Source: Felis catus (Eukaryota). Taken from it: a stretch of DNA of 64,000 bases. The stretch is taken from positions 76,324,001 through 76,388,000 of the forward strand of contig NC_058368.1 in the NCBI RefSeq assembly GCF_018350175.1, given 5' to 3'. The translations under genes and the position numbers were made by a program. Positions 63,309 through 64,000 of this stretch are shown here, piece after piece (position 1 is the first letter of the stretch; every line of letters begins with the position of its first letter). The notes beneath the pieces are model-generated. The model was not told the DNA's origin. It saw nothing but the letters and a program-made list of their open reading frames with translations, and searched no databases.

Positions 63309-64000
63309 ACAATCTGTTATTTAAAACGACCTAGAAAATTTTGGAAGGGTTAGACAATAGACTCTTAAGTCTTGTGAACCAAAAGATTAAAAAAAAAGTC
63401 AATAATAGAAAAAATCTGATGGGAAATAGACTTATTTTTTTTAGAGAATTTCGTTTTCATTTGGGGAGATACGAAAGAGGAAAAAATTTTTAGGACTTCA
63501 TAAGATTCTTAGTTTATGAAAGTAGCATACATAAAGTCAGCGTTATTTTTAAAAAATTAGTATCAATTTACAATTCCTTGTTGACTTTGGGGAGCTGGGA
63601 CTTTCCCTTCTCTTTCCTGAGTCTGGCAGCTAGTTCTAGAATTGTGATTATAAGAGGCAAACACAGGGCAAGATAACCCCCGCATGCAGTCGGAGCACAG
63701 AGAACAAGATCACCTTGGGGAGATTTTGAAGGAGAGAGAGCTCGTTTGGGATGTTTCCCTAGATGCTTTCTTTTCTCAGACTCCAGACACACCCACTGCC
63801 CTACACCAGCCTCTCCTCCAATCCTTTGTCTCCCTCCCTCCACCCTTGAAGTCCCAGGACTTTCTTCTTCCTGTTAACCTGAAGATCGGCTACAGCCAAC
63901 ACATTTGTGACGAGGGCTCAAGAACAGACCTGTGCCAGCAGTATGGACACTTACAGAGGAGGGAAGGTTTTGGAACTGTACTCAGAACACCACATTGGAC

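Overview
This window is mammalian, felid-type (cat-family) non-coding genomic DNA, intergenic or deep intronic. I count about 30 tRNA-derived Can-SINEs (SINEC_Fc-like, many with readable target-site duplications, TSDs), four carnivore-type LINE-1 pieces (the largest about 3 kb, with a dead reverse transcriptase motif), older L1ME-like, L2, MIR, MER20, MER5 and MLT1 relics, and microsatellites. I cannot support any intact protein-coding gene, RNA gene or CRISPR array. Nearly all protein-like ORFs in the track are translations of SINE or L1 sequence. I see no new multi-gene biological system. The most interesting signals are small-scale: a tail-less inverted SINE-SINE fusion (20.7-21.05 kb); a near-perfect 63-bp duplication with a palindromic junction scar that copies a candidate splice acceptor (14.06-14.84 kb); a probable short L1 3' transduction (61.4 kb); a 90-bp mirror-symmetric pyrimidine tract; a perfect 20-bp palindrome; and a SINE-poor 51.6-60.2 kb block with MEF2-like sites, a CpG-rich promoter-like segment and candidate exons. 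Repeat family names come from recalled consensus similarity, not a database search, and boundaries are approximate unless fixed by a TSD.
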